From: a virus
Lineage: Duplodnaviria > Caudoviricetes
Strand: one strand, 5' to 3'
Virus record (IMG/VR): IMGVR_UViG_3300014968_000001
Coordinates: 8,496-72,495 of that record
DNA: 64,000 bases
Translations under genes and position numbers: made by a program
The notes under the pieces: model-generated
What the model was told of the DNA's origin: nothing
Seen by the model: the letters and a program-made list of their open reading frames with translations, nothing else
The model's database searches: none
In this document: positions 20,113 through 28,696 of the stretch, piece by piece
Layout of the letters: each line of letters begins with the position of its first letter
Numbering within the stretch: the first letter of the stretch is position 1

Positions 20113-20436
20113 ATGATGCCGTTTTTGAAACTGACTCCGGCAGTGGCACACAGGATTTGGATGCGTTCGCCATTTGCGAATTGGTGGATTAAGAAATGGA
20201 TAGACACTCCCATTACGCCCGAGACTTCTCCGTTCTGGTTTGAGTCTATGTATCCGATGTTCCTAAGAGACGATGATGGGAACATGGTAAAATTGGACTA
20301 TTCACCGAAATTCAAGAAATGGTTGGAGTTTTGCGTTACGAAATACCAGCCGTCGCCAAACGAATCTGAGTCTCTATCCGGCTCAAGCAACAATCCCCGC
20401 CAATCGCCGGACTGCCATCGGTCGCTTGGATGGTAA
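20113..20436 (+). CDS. Hypothetical protein, 3' end overlapping the nozzle gene
   Basis: ATG 2 nt after the upstream stop; Trp/Phe-rich. Confidence 0.5.
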   Translation: MMPFLKLTPAVAHRIWMRSPFANWWIKKWIDTPITPETSPFWFESMYPMFLRDDDGNMVKLDYSPKFKKWLEFCVTKYQPSPNESESLSGSSNNPRQSPDCHRSLGW

Positions 20437-22192
20437 TTTCAAAGTAGATGAACCGGCCCGATTGCAGCATCGGCCATTCAAACGGCGGGATCGGTTTCAA
20501 CAGCGCCGCCGCCAGTTGTGGTGAAGTTTGTGTTGAATTACACGCCATCGGCTTGTCCGGTTGCGGATACCACAACACGGAACACACGCCATCCGGAAGG
20601 TTCGGGTCGGCTTCACTCTCCGATGTGCCAATCCGCAGGTGAACCACGTTGTTGATGGACGAATCTGACGGGGTGCATTCCAGCAGAAAATTGCGGATGA
20701 ACTTTTCCCGGTCATAATTCTGCAAAGGCAACAACGCCCGCAGGATACGGTAATACCCTTCATACGAGTATTGGCCGGTGAACGGGATGTATTTGCCATC
20801 CACGGTCGTTCCTTTGCCCGTGGCTGCGTTGGTGCAAATCGCGCGCGAGAACACATTCCCGATTTCCTTCAGGCACAGGTCAGGGCAACCGGCGCCGAGA
20901 AAGAGTTGCGCGGATTGGCAGGCTTCGGGATCGGCGGTGGACGGACGGAAATTGACGAACGCGGAAAACCCGTAATCCAGCACGTCCGGCGATTTGTATT
21001 GGTAGTCGAAGATGAACGTTGAGGAATTGACACAGCCACCGTCGCCGTTCGCCGCCGCTTGAGGCCATGACAACCAGATTTCGGTGGTGTCCGGATGCAG
21101 TATCATTACAGGACTTTGGCAGCAGGACGGGTCGAGGGCGGTCAGGTTATCGTTAAACACCATCGCAGAACCCCGATACAACCATTCGGTGCGTTCAGGT
21201 TCGGGGATGTACGGACTGAAAAAGTAGATGCCATCCGAGCCGCAATACCAGCAGGAATTTCCGGCGGAAACCAGCGTGTTCGGATAGGCAAGGCATTTGT
21301 TCTGGTTCAACGGTTCGGAATAGACTTTGGCAAAGCTGAACGTGGGCGATCCCGATTGAGTGCTGTTATTGACGAAGATGACCCAGATGGCTTGCGTGGT
21401 GAACACGTAAAGGCTCCCGGCCATCGGTATGGCGTTGAGGATGCGTTCGCCGTAATCTAGGTCTTGGAATCCCGCGAGCGTAGAGTTGCCCGAGCAATCC
21501 ATTGTGCCAGGTGCATCCTGCCAGCTTAAAGGGCAGTTGATGGACGACCAGCGGATTCGGCTGGAAATGCGTTTGCCGCCTTCCACGAGGTCCATCAGGA
21601 AGATGAATCCGTTCCATGACACCGTGACACCCGCCTTGGTGACTTGCATCGTAACGAGGTCAGGGATGGTCGAGGCGGCATTGGAACCTATGTTGGTGTG
21701 ATGCGGGGGATCGACGTTATTGGTGAACACCAGTTCATTTTGCAGGAGCGACATGCGGAACCGCGTCTGGGGCAGGGACGTTTCGGGAGTGCCACCGAGA
21801 TTGGTGATAACGGTCTGCCAATAACCGCTCACGGTGTTGAGGTATTTTATCCAGCTTTGAGAACCGGCATAGAGGGTGGTGTTGCCGGTGTTATCGAGGG
21901 CGGAAAAGAGCAGGGTGATGAATTCACGACCGGCGGTGGAGGGAACGTCGAATTGATCGTGAAGATCGAAATTACTATAAGCCGGTGGTATCAGAGAACC
22001 ATTGACGAACGAGGCGAAGGCGCGGTCGAAGTTGGGGCGGATGCACAATTTATTCCCGCCGCGCAGTTGCCAGTTCTGTTTGAATCTCCATGCGCCGAGC
22101 GGGACATCTTCGACTTCGCTGCGCGTATCCAAAACGCCAGTCAAAGGGCGAATGCTCACAGTCTGCCACGTCTCACCGCGTCGTCGTGCCAT
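20336..22192 (-). CDS. Tail nozzle / DNA stabilization protein (P22 gp10 / T7 gp12-like)
   Basis: 618 aa beta-rich; N-terminal GVLDTRSEVEDVPLGAWRFKQN and IRWSSINCPLSW patterns typical of podovirus nozzle propellers. Confidence 0.7.
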   Translation of the reverse strand: MARRRGETWQTVSIRPLTGVLDTRSEVEDVPLGAWRFKQNWQLRGGNKLCIRPNFDRAFASFVNGSLIPPAYSNFDLHDQFDVPSTAGREFITLLFSALDNTGNTTLYAGSQSWIKYLNTVSGYWQTVITNLGGTPETSLPQTRFRMSLLQNELVFTNNVDPPHHTNIGSNAASTIPDLVTMQVTKAGVTVSWNGFIFLMDLVEGGKRISSRIRWSSINCPLSWQDAPGTMDCSGNSTLAGFQDLDYGERILNAIPMAGSLYVFTTQAIWVIFVNNSTQSGSPTFSFAKVYSEPLNQNKCLAYPNTLVSAGNSCWYCGSDGIYFFSPYIPEPERTEWLYRGSAMVFNDNLTALDPSCCQSPVMILHPDTTEIWLSWPQAAANGDGGCVNSSTFIFDYQYKSPDVLDYGFSAFVNFRPSTADPEACQSAQLFLGAGCPDLCLKEIGNVFSRAICTNAATGKGTTVDGKYIPFTGQYSYEGYYRILRALLPLQNYDREKFIRNFLLECTPSDSSINNVVHLRIGTSESEADPNLPDGVCSVLWYPQPDKPMACNSTQTSPQLAAALLKPIPPFEWPMLQSGRFIYFEITIQATDGSPAIGGDCCLSRIETQIRLATAGIS

Positions 22193-22195
22193 AAA

Positions 22196-23116
22196 TTATG
22201 GGCAAGATAGCCCGAAATGGGAAAGATACCATTCAAAACTGCGAACGAAAATCGACTGGTTATAGGCCCGTTCGGAAAGCAGGGTGTTCCATTCCGCGTT
22301 GACCTGGCGTTTTGACAGCGTCAAATCCTCGGAATTTTGCAGCGTGGCGATGAGGGCGGCAGCGCGTTCCCGAGGTAAACAGGTGTGGGCGAGCGCGAGC
22401 TTATTGAAAGTAACCTTCCACTGGTCAGTCTTATACGTCGTGGACTGACGAAACTGATGCCCGATCCTTACGGTTTTCAGCATCCGAATATCCCCACCCG
22501 CCAGCCACCATTTGAGCGACAAAAACGGCTCGTCCAAACCCCACCCCTTCAAAAGCTTCAACCCGCCAACGTGAAAATAAAAGTCAGTCGGCATGACGTA
22601 ACCAGCGCCCATGATGCAGGACAACGGGTAATCATCTTCGCCAGGCCGTTCCTTCGCCCATTTGCCTTCGAGCGTCTGCATCCTGCCGCCGTCGTTTTGG
22701 TCAGGGCCGTAAAAGTGAATGTAAGCCCCGTGATAATCGCCGCGCGCCTGAGACATGTCCATCATCCCCGGAACGAGTTGAACGCACAGCAGGTTATGCA
22801 GGGTCGTTGGTCGGTCTTTGATGCGATCCATCAAGGTTTCGTACCAGCCGTTTTCAAAGCGTACATGGCTGTCGGTGAGCAGAAGAAAATCTCCCGTGGC
22901 GCGCAATGCACCAATGTGCCGAGAGGCGGCGACCCCGGCCCTTTCATCATTGCGGATAAGATGGCACTTTTTGTCCTCCAAAGAGAGCGGGACTTGGCTC
23001 GCATCATCTATGACAATTACCTCCGGTTTGTCGCCAGCGGTGTCGCGGATGCTTTTGATGGTGGCTTGGCATTCCAAATAGTCGTTGAGGCAGGGTATGA
23101 TGATGCTGAGTCTCAT
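22196..23116 (-). CDS. GT-A glycosyltransferase resembling the polypeptide GalNAc-transferase catalytic domain
   Basis: SIIIP, VIVIDDAS, GVAASRHIGA..ATGDFLLLTDSH (DxH), GWGLDEPFLSLKWWLAGG, IGHQFR. Confidence 0.85.
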   Translation of the reverse strand: MRLSIIIPCLNDYLECQATIKSIRDTAGDKPEVIVIDDASQVPLSLEDKKCHLIRNDERAGVAASRHIGALRATGDFLLLTDSHVRFENGWYETLMDRIKDRPTTLHNLLCVQLVPGMMDMSQARGDYHGAYIHFYGPDQNDGGRMQTLEGKWAKERPGEDDYPLSCIMGAGYVMPTDFYFHVGGLKLLKGWGLDEPFLSLKWWLAGGDIRMLKTVRIGHQFRQSTTYKTDQWKVTFNKLALAHTCLPRERAAALIATLQNSEDLTLSKRQVNAEWNTLLSERAYNQSIFVRSFEWYLSHFGLSCP

Positions 23117-23421
23117 TTAATTTCTCCGTTGGTAATGAATCCGTGCCATTCGTTGTATTTTGAGAAATCAAGCGAGGGAGTCAATGTGAGAGTTTCAAAT
23201 GTGTCACCAGTGCGTTGCCAACGGTGCATCCCACCATAAAGTTCTGGATTGTCCGCAGGGTCGGATAACCAGCCAAGATTGAGAGGGTCAATCGGGTTTT
23301 TGAAAAGGCATCCAAGATGCTGTCCGGTGCCCAACGGCGACAGGAACGAAACCCCAACAACAAGTTTATTCCACGGCTGGCCATAGCCAAGCCACGAAGG
23401 TTCAAGGTAGGTCAGTCTCAC
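23113..23421 (-). CDS. DUF6527-like small protein
   Basis: C-terminal W.RTGDTFETLTLTPSL...WHGFITNGEI. Confidence 0.55.
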   Translation of the reverse strand: MRLTYLEPSWLGYGQPWNKLVVGVSFLSPLGTGQHLGCLFKNPIDPLNLGWLSDPADNPELYGGMHRWQRTGDTFETLTLTPSLDFSKYNEWHGFITNGEIK

Positions 23422-24935
23422 AACGGTAATGGTGTATACCCACTCTCCCCCGGTTTGCCAACATTCATTCCTTCGGTCGGTCGAATCAGTTCATCGACGC
23501 ATTCGCTGGAAACCAAGTAGCTCGCGGCGTCGTAAACGTGCTTTAGCGGGCTAAGTTTATTAATGGCAATGTTGCCCTTCCCCTTTTTGATGCCCTGAAA
23601 GGATTCAATGAGATGGGGGCATTTCGAGCGTGAGATGAAGATGCGATTCTCGAAGAACAGACGTTTCAACAGGTCAACCCGTTGGCCGACCGACCCAGGG
23701 CCTTTGTTGACGGCGGTGAGTATAATCTTGCCGCCGCTTTCCTGACGGATGAACTCATGCGGCAGGATGGCCGACATGCTGCCTTGAACATCGAACACAT
23801 TTCGGTCAGACCAATTCCGCCACATTAACGGATGGCCGCAGTGTTCCTCCCAAAACTCGATTTTCTCAAGCACCTCAGCGACGAAATCTGAAAACAGAAT
23901 CTTTTCCCCGACATAAACCACTTCATCCAGGAATTTGAAAATACTGATGGGTTTGGCGGAGCGTTCAATCGTGATCTTCTCAGCGATGACCATTGCATGA
24001 TTTACGTCGCCGGGGTCCCAGCCCGTTATCAGTTCGGAACAATTTTCTTCGGGGATGAGGCAGTCTGGTTCGGGATTGGAACGGGTTTCCGGGTCGCCGA
24101 CGATATGCACGTTGGGACGAAACTGTTCGTGGAACACGGAATTTCCGGATGCCTTCACCCATTTACCGTAATAATAGCGAGCCAACAAATCTTCGGAATG
24201 TTCGTACTTGGCTTTTTGGGACAGGTGCCACGATTCATCTTTGAAAATGTTGTCCGATACGTTGAACTCCATCAACGCAAGGCATTCGGCGAACATCGCC
24301 ATGCCCTTGTTATCGCCCCAGTCCAGAACTCGGTCTTCATACCACAGCTTCCAAATCCACGAATCTGTGCCTTCCTCGGACGGATTAGTGTCGCCAATGA
24401 AGATGTGCTGCCATTCCTGCCATTGACCGCGTAGACATTCCCGCCAGCAATCGAAGGTTGCGCGGCTTTTGTAATTGGACAATTCGGACACGTAAATGCC
24501 ACTATACGACTTACCTTTGAACCGTTCCTCGACATCATCCTCGTGCTTGAGGGAATCCAGGTGAACGCGCGACATCGTGCCGTATTTGTTTTTTACCTCA
24601 CAATACAGCTTCTTGGTCGTGCCCTTCTGGCGCGGCGTGGTGATCCATTCCATGCCGAAATCGCCCCCGATCCATTCAGGGAGCGTCTTTTCGGTCAGTT
24701 CAGTCCACATACCGGAATCATCGCCGGCGGTGACGGTAGGGCAGACCACGGCGAACCGGGCGTCTTTCACTTCCCACAGGTGTTCGGCGATGGCGGCCAT
24801 GCAACCCGTGGACTTGGTGGACATGCGCGGTCCACTGACGAGGATGTATTTCTTGGGGTTTTCGGGGAAGCGATGGCACAGGCGGAGCAACTCCATCTGC
24901 CTGGGGCTTAATGAGGGATGGAACGGGTCTGACAT
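23418..24935 (-). CDS. terL: Terminase large subunit
   Basis: LSPRQ, SGPRMSTKS (variant Walker A), GIYVSE (variant Walker B), GDTNP, RYYYGKW, nuclease GWDPG and HVYDAASY. Start ATG 24935; the ORF-track extension is antisense to the next gene. Confidence 0.9.
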   Translation of the reverse strand: MSDPFHPSLSPRQMELLRLCHRFPENPKKYILVSGPRMSTKSTGCMAAIAEHLWEVKDARFAVVCPTVTAGDDSGMWTELTEKTLPEWIGGDFGMEWITTPRQKGTTKKLYCEVKNKYGTMSRVHLDSLKHEDDVEERFKGKSYSGIYVSELSNYKSRATFDCWRECLRGQWQEWQHIFIGDTNPSEEGTDSWIWKLWYEDRVLDWGDNKGMAMFAECLALMEFNVSDNIFKDESWHLSQKAKYEHSEDLLARYYYGKWVKASGNSVFHEQFRPNVHIVGDPETRSNPEPDCLIPEENCSELITGWDPGDVNHAMVIAEKITIERSAKPISIFKFLDEVVYVGEKILFSDFVAEVLEKIEFWEEHCGHPLMWRNWSDRNVFDVQGSMSAILPHEFIRQESGGKIILTAVNKGPGSVGQRVDLLKRLFFENRIFISRSKCPHLIESFQGIKKGKGNIAINKLSPLKHVYDAASYLVSSECVDELIRPTEGMNVGKPGESGYTPLPL

Positions 24936-25035
24936 TTTGTTCTTGCCAGTACTACCTAAAAGTCTTAGATGATGCAATAACAGAGTCACCAAACAATCCA
25001 AGGCGACTCGAACAATGTTTGAAAAGGCTAACTTT

Positions 25036-25383
25036 ATGGCAAACAAACCGTACCAACCGATGAACGATCCCGCCGATGGTGAAACCGACGCCCCCGATAG
25101 CGGCGAATCCCCGGCACAAGTGACGCTGGACAAGAGCAACCCTGACATTGCCGAGGCGTTCGCCGAGTGCAAGGAAGGCGACATGTACAAGGTCGTCAAG
25201 GATGACGAGAACGAGATTGTTTTGGAGAAACAGCCGGACATGGCGGCAGGCGGCGAGGAAGAAAACGCCGGGGAAAACATGAACGAAGGCGGTCAGGAGG
25301 AATCCGGCGGCGAGGATGATGGCAGTTTCAAATCCGACAAGCCGGGGATTGCGCTGTTGATCGCCAAGAAGCGGAAGCAGTAA
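25036..25383 (+). CDS. Acidic hypothetical protein with basic C-terminus
   Basis: D/E-rich, 115 aa, ends AKKRKQ. Confidence 0.7.
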   Translation: MANKPYQPMNDPADGETDAPDSGESPAQVTLDKSNPDIAEAFAECKEGDMYKVVKDDENEIVLEKQPDMAAGGEEENAGENMNEGGQEESGGEDDGSFKSDKPGIALLIAKKRKQ

Positions 25384-25388
25384 TTTTG

Positions 25389-25467
25389 TCCTGCGAGTGG
25401 TGGTGAAAAGGCGTGAGCCTACTAGGACGCTGGATTGCTTGAGAACATCCCACCACCACTCGCAGGA
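25389..25467 (+). ncRNA. Structured intergenic element: 17-bp perfect inverted repeat enclosing two inner hairpins
   Basis: TCCTGCGAGTGGTGGTG / CACCACCACTCGCAGGA; inner GCGT..ACGC and GGAT..ATCC. Confidence 0.5.
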
Positions 25468-25484
25468 TTTATAGAAAACTTAAA

Positions 25485-25658
25485 ATGAATATTTTTTTAT
25501 CATTGATATTGGTTGCGTGCTTGACCGGCGGATGTGCGGCCTATTCTAAAACCGGAAAAGCGTTTCCAGACAGTTTTAACCTCACCGATTATCACGTTCT
25601 CGGCACTCAATTCAAAGGCGACACTGTTGCTGCCGGATTTAGTTGGACTCTCAAATAA
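25485..25658 (+). CDS. Small putative lipoprotein (57 aa, not in ORF track)
   Basis: MNIFLSLILVACLTGGC..: hydrophobic leader with lipobox-like cysteines. Confidence 0.6.
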   Translation: MNIFLSLILVACLTGGCAAYSKTGKAFPDSFNLTDYHVLGTQFKGDTVAAGFSWTLK

Positions 25659-25659
25659 A

Positions 25660-26094
25660 ATGAACGGCACTCCATTAATTCTCGCCATCATCGGCCACCT
25701 AGTTGGGGACTATCTACTTCAAAATGACTGGATGGCTACGAACAAAAAGAAGCATTCGTTTCCATGTGCGGTTCATTGCCTTCTGTGGACTTGCTCGGTG
25801 ATGTTTTTCGCTGGCTGGATGTGGATTGAAAAGCCTCACTTTTTATGGATCAAACCTTGGGTGTTTTCAGCATTGTTTTTAACACACTTTATCCAAGATC
25901 GAACGCAAATTATAATCTGGTGGATGAAGTTGAAGTGGAAAGACCAAAGCAAATTCATGGAGTGTGACTCACTCCTGTTAAAACACGAATACGAACCCAC
26001 TATTAAGGTTGGACTGGGGCCGTGGTCAATCATCGTCGTGGATAACGTGTGGCACATCGTTGAAATTTGGGCCGTTTGGAGGTTTCTCACTTAA
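25660..26094 (+). CDS. DUF3307-like membrane protein
   Basis: IIGHLVGDYLLQNDWMA..K, AVHC, THFIQD, VDNVWH. Confidence 0.75.
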   Translation: MNGTPLILAIIGHLVGDYLLQNDWMATNKKKHSFPCAVHCLLWTCSVMFFAGWMWIEKPHFLWIKPWVFSALFLTHFIQDRTQIIIWWMKLKWKDQSKFMECDSLLLKHEYEPTIKVGLGPWSIIVVDNVWHIVEIWAVWRFLT

Positions 26095-28463
26095 TGCCCG
26101 TCTCCCCAAAAGTTCTCAAAGCGCATGGCTGCACACCGGCTGATTGGAAGCCTCTGTTCACCGCCAAAGGCAATTACAGCGGGAAATCCAAGTCCGGCAA
26201 GTTGCCGCAGATAAAGCGGCTGGAAACACTCATCGCCAATCGCATCAATGACGGTCGGTTGAAGAACCTCCAGGATTACCGCGTGTTCGCCGCCATCGAC
26301 ATGGCGTATGACGCTCCGTTCGATCAGACCACACCGACACTCATTCAAAGTTTTCTCGGTCAGGACTGGTCAAATCTCAAGCAGGAAGATGTGCTGGCGA
26401 AATTGCAGCAATGGGGGTTGAAGCCCGATGACCTCCTGCTGAAAACCACCCGCCCGGATGGCAGTTGTGTTTACACGCCGAACCCGCCGACGTTCTACAA
26501 AATTCTCGTTCCGTTGGTGAAAGCGTATGTCACCATTCGCCGCGGAAAACTGTTTAATGACCGTAACAAAGTCCCGTTGCTCGATTATGAGCCGATTGAA
26601 TGGAATTCCGAGACGCGGATTTTGTGTGAGATTTTAAATCACACGGTCCAAGTCATCAGTGGCGAGTTGGGGTATCCGCGCGACCTTGACCAGACCATTC
26701 TGCAAACTCTGCAATACGCCACCACACTGGTGTTCCCCCGCGAAGTTTGGTACACGGAATATCAGATGGAGATGGTGGATGGCAAAGAAAAGAAGGTGCT
26801 CCAAAAGGAAGGCATCCGTTATTGCCAACCGCACCCGACCCGCATGTTTTGGGATCAGCATTATAGCATCTCAAGTTTCAATACGGATTCCGGGTGCGAA
26901 TTTGCGGGTTATTGGAAAGTGGTTTCTTACGGCGACATTCTCGACAACCAAAATTATTGGAATCGCAAGGCGGTGGGTTTCGGCAGCACGGTGGATTGGT
27001 TTAGCCCTGAAATCAGCAGTAATTTTTTCAGTGAAGTTTACCCGTGCCAGATGGCGTTCCCCAATTTCACGTACGGCGAAAAGAGCAGCCGTGAATCGTC
27101 GGCGATTTATTACGCAACCAGTCAACGGGACATGGCGGTGTTCCAGACCGACGTGTTTATGAAGCTCACGCCGGCGAAGTGGAAGCTCGGCACCTATAAG
27201 TATCCGATTTGGGTGCGGTTCATCGTCGCCAATGACAACTCGATTTTGTATGCGGAGCCAGTTGCCTATTCTCCCGTCCTGTTTTGCGGGTATGACACCG
27301 ACCAGTTACGGGCCAAGAACGCCAGCATGGCGCTGGAAGTATTGCCGTTTCAGGATCACATCGGCAACACGCTGTCCCAGATTGTCCTGACCATCAAACA
27401 AAACCTGGCGAACATTTATTTTTACGAGAAGAACGTGTTGAACCGCGAGGACATAGACGCGGTGAAGAACGCGGGTGAGATGCAGTATCGCACCATCAAC
27501 ATGGTGCCGTACGACAGTTTCAAGAATGCGCGCGCAGGTCTGGACGTGAAGGGAGGCATCATACCGGTTCATTTTGATTACAAGGACGTGACGCCGATGT
27601 TCCAGTCCATGAACACGATGTTGTCCATGCTGGAACGGTTGCTGCAACTGAGCGCGCAGGAGAGCGGAGCGGCGGCGAGCCATCAGCAGAGCAAGGAAGA
27701 AATTCAGGTCATCAGCGGGAACACGTCCAACCGCGTGCAATTCACCGGGTCATTCATCGACGACTTCATTGACGCATGGAAACGGCAGCAGTACGACGCG
27801 ATTCAGGCGTATGCAGATGATGAACTGACGGCGATGGTCCCGGGAGATATTCCCGACATCGAAGAACATTTGGAAGCGTTGGGATTCAAGAAGTCCGGCA
27901 CGGTGCAGGGCGAAGGCAAATTGATTGTCAAAGGCAGCAAGCGCGGATTGCTGAAACTCCAGGATTTTGCGGTGACAGGCAAAGGGCCCGACCGAAAGAA
28001 CGACACGCAAACCGCCCAGATAATGATGCAGGCAGCGCAGGCGGTGTCGAACAGTCAGGTTCTCGCGCAAGCCATCGGCGCCAAACCGTTGCTCAAGATT
28101 ATTGAGCGGGCCGCAATTATGGCCGGGGCCGACAAAGATTTCAAACTGCGACCGGACGACAAGGCGCAGGCGAATGCCTTGCAGCAGATGGCGCAGGAAA
28201 TCATGCAGGCGATGATGAAGAAGGTGAATGAAACTGTCACTAAGCCTGCCGCCGAAGAAATGAAGAAGATTCAGGATGAAATTGTCCAGTTACAACAGGT
28301 CGTGGCGAAGGCATTGAAATTGCAACCGCCCGATCCCCGGAATGTCCCGGTGCAGTCGCCAGCACAACCGCAACCTCAACCCCCAACACCCGATGCTCAA
28401 GTTCAGCCGCAACCCGCTCCCGGAAGTGGAGAACCAGGAACTCCGCAAGCTCCCGTCGCATAA
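26094..28463 (+). CDS. Portal protein (P22-like, with C-terminal coiled coil)
   Basis: ~789 aa directly before scaffold and capsid; helical barrel and Pro/Gln-rich tail. Confidence 0.8.
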   Translation: MPVSPKVLKAHGCTPADWKPLFTAKGNYSGKSKSGKLPQIKRLETLIANRINDGRLKNLQDYRVFAAIDMAYDAPFDQTTPTLIQSFLGQDWSNLKQEDVLAKLQQWGLKPDDLLLKTTRPDGSCVYTPNPPTFYKILVPLVKAYVTIRRGKLFNDRNKVPLLDYEPIEWNSETRILCEILNHTVQVISGELGYPRDLDQTILQTLQYATTLVFPREVWYTEYQMEMVDGKEKKVLQKEGIRYCQPHPTRMFWDQHYSISSFNTDSGCEFAGYWKVVSYGDILDNQNYWNRKAVGFGSTVDWFSPEISSNFFSEVYPCQMAFPNFTYGEKSSRESSAIYYATSQRDMAVFQTDVFMKLTPAKWKLGTYKYPIWVRFIVANDNSILYAEPVAYSPVLFCGYDTDQLRAKNASMALEVLPFQDHIGNTLSQIVLTIKQNLANIYFYEKNVLNREDIDAVKNAGEMQYRTINMVPYDSFKNARAGLDVKGGIIPVHFDYKDVTPMFQSMNTMLSMLERLLQLSAQESGAAASHQQSKEEIQVISGNTSNRVQFTGSFIDDFIDAWKRQQYDAIQAYADDELTAMVPGDIPDIEEHLEALGFKKSGTVQGEGKLIVKGSKRGLLKLQDFAVTGKGPDRKNDTQTAQIMMQAAQAVSNSQVLAQAIGAKPLLKIIERAAIMAGADKDFKLRPDDKAQANALQQMAQEIMQAMMKKVNETVTKPAAEEMKKIQDEIVQLQQVVAKALKLQPPDPRNVPVQSPAQPQPQPPTPDAQVQPQPAPGSGEPGTPQAPVA

Positions 28464-28689
28464 CGGTTATCAACTGTTGAAGCGGGTCATTGCCGCGCGC
28501 GCCGACGAGAATGCCGTGGAATCGGCAAACGCGATTCTGGCCGCAGCGAAGTTTGAGTCGATGAACGCAAAGGCGTTAAAGACTGCGGATGACGCGGGGC
28601 GCTACCAGAACGCTTTGGACGTACTAAAAGAGTTAGAGTCGGAAATGAATCACTACACCGGCGACATCGCCAGCAACCTCAACCCATAA
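28393..28689 (+). CDS. Small helical protein between portal and scaffold
   Basis: 98 aa; conserved position in podovirus head modules. Confidence 0.55.
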   Translation: MLKFSRNPLPEVENQELRKLPSHNGYQLLKRVIAARADENAVESANAILAAAKFESMNAKALKTADDAGRYQNALDVLKELESEMNHYTGDIASNLNP

Positions 28690-28696
28690 AAACATC

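Noticed and set aside
20382-20390. CTCAAGCAA as target of the 25389 structured RNA loop
   Set aside because: A 9-nt match is plausible by chance in 64 kb and lies inside a coding 3' end rather than at a start.
24936-25280. 115-aa N-terminal extension of TerL in the ORF track (likewise 4936-5013 for HerA and 45970-46113 for the HNH)
   Set aside because: The TerL extension is antisense to the acidic 25036 gene, and the others overlap neighbouring genes or hairpins; downstream ATGs fit family starts.
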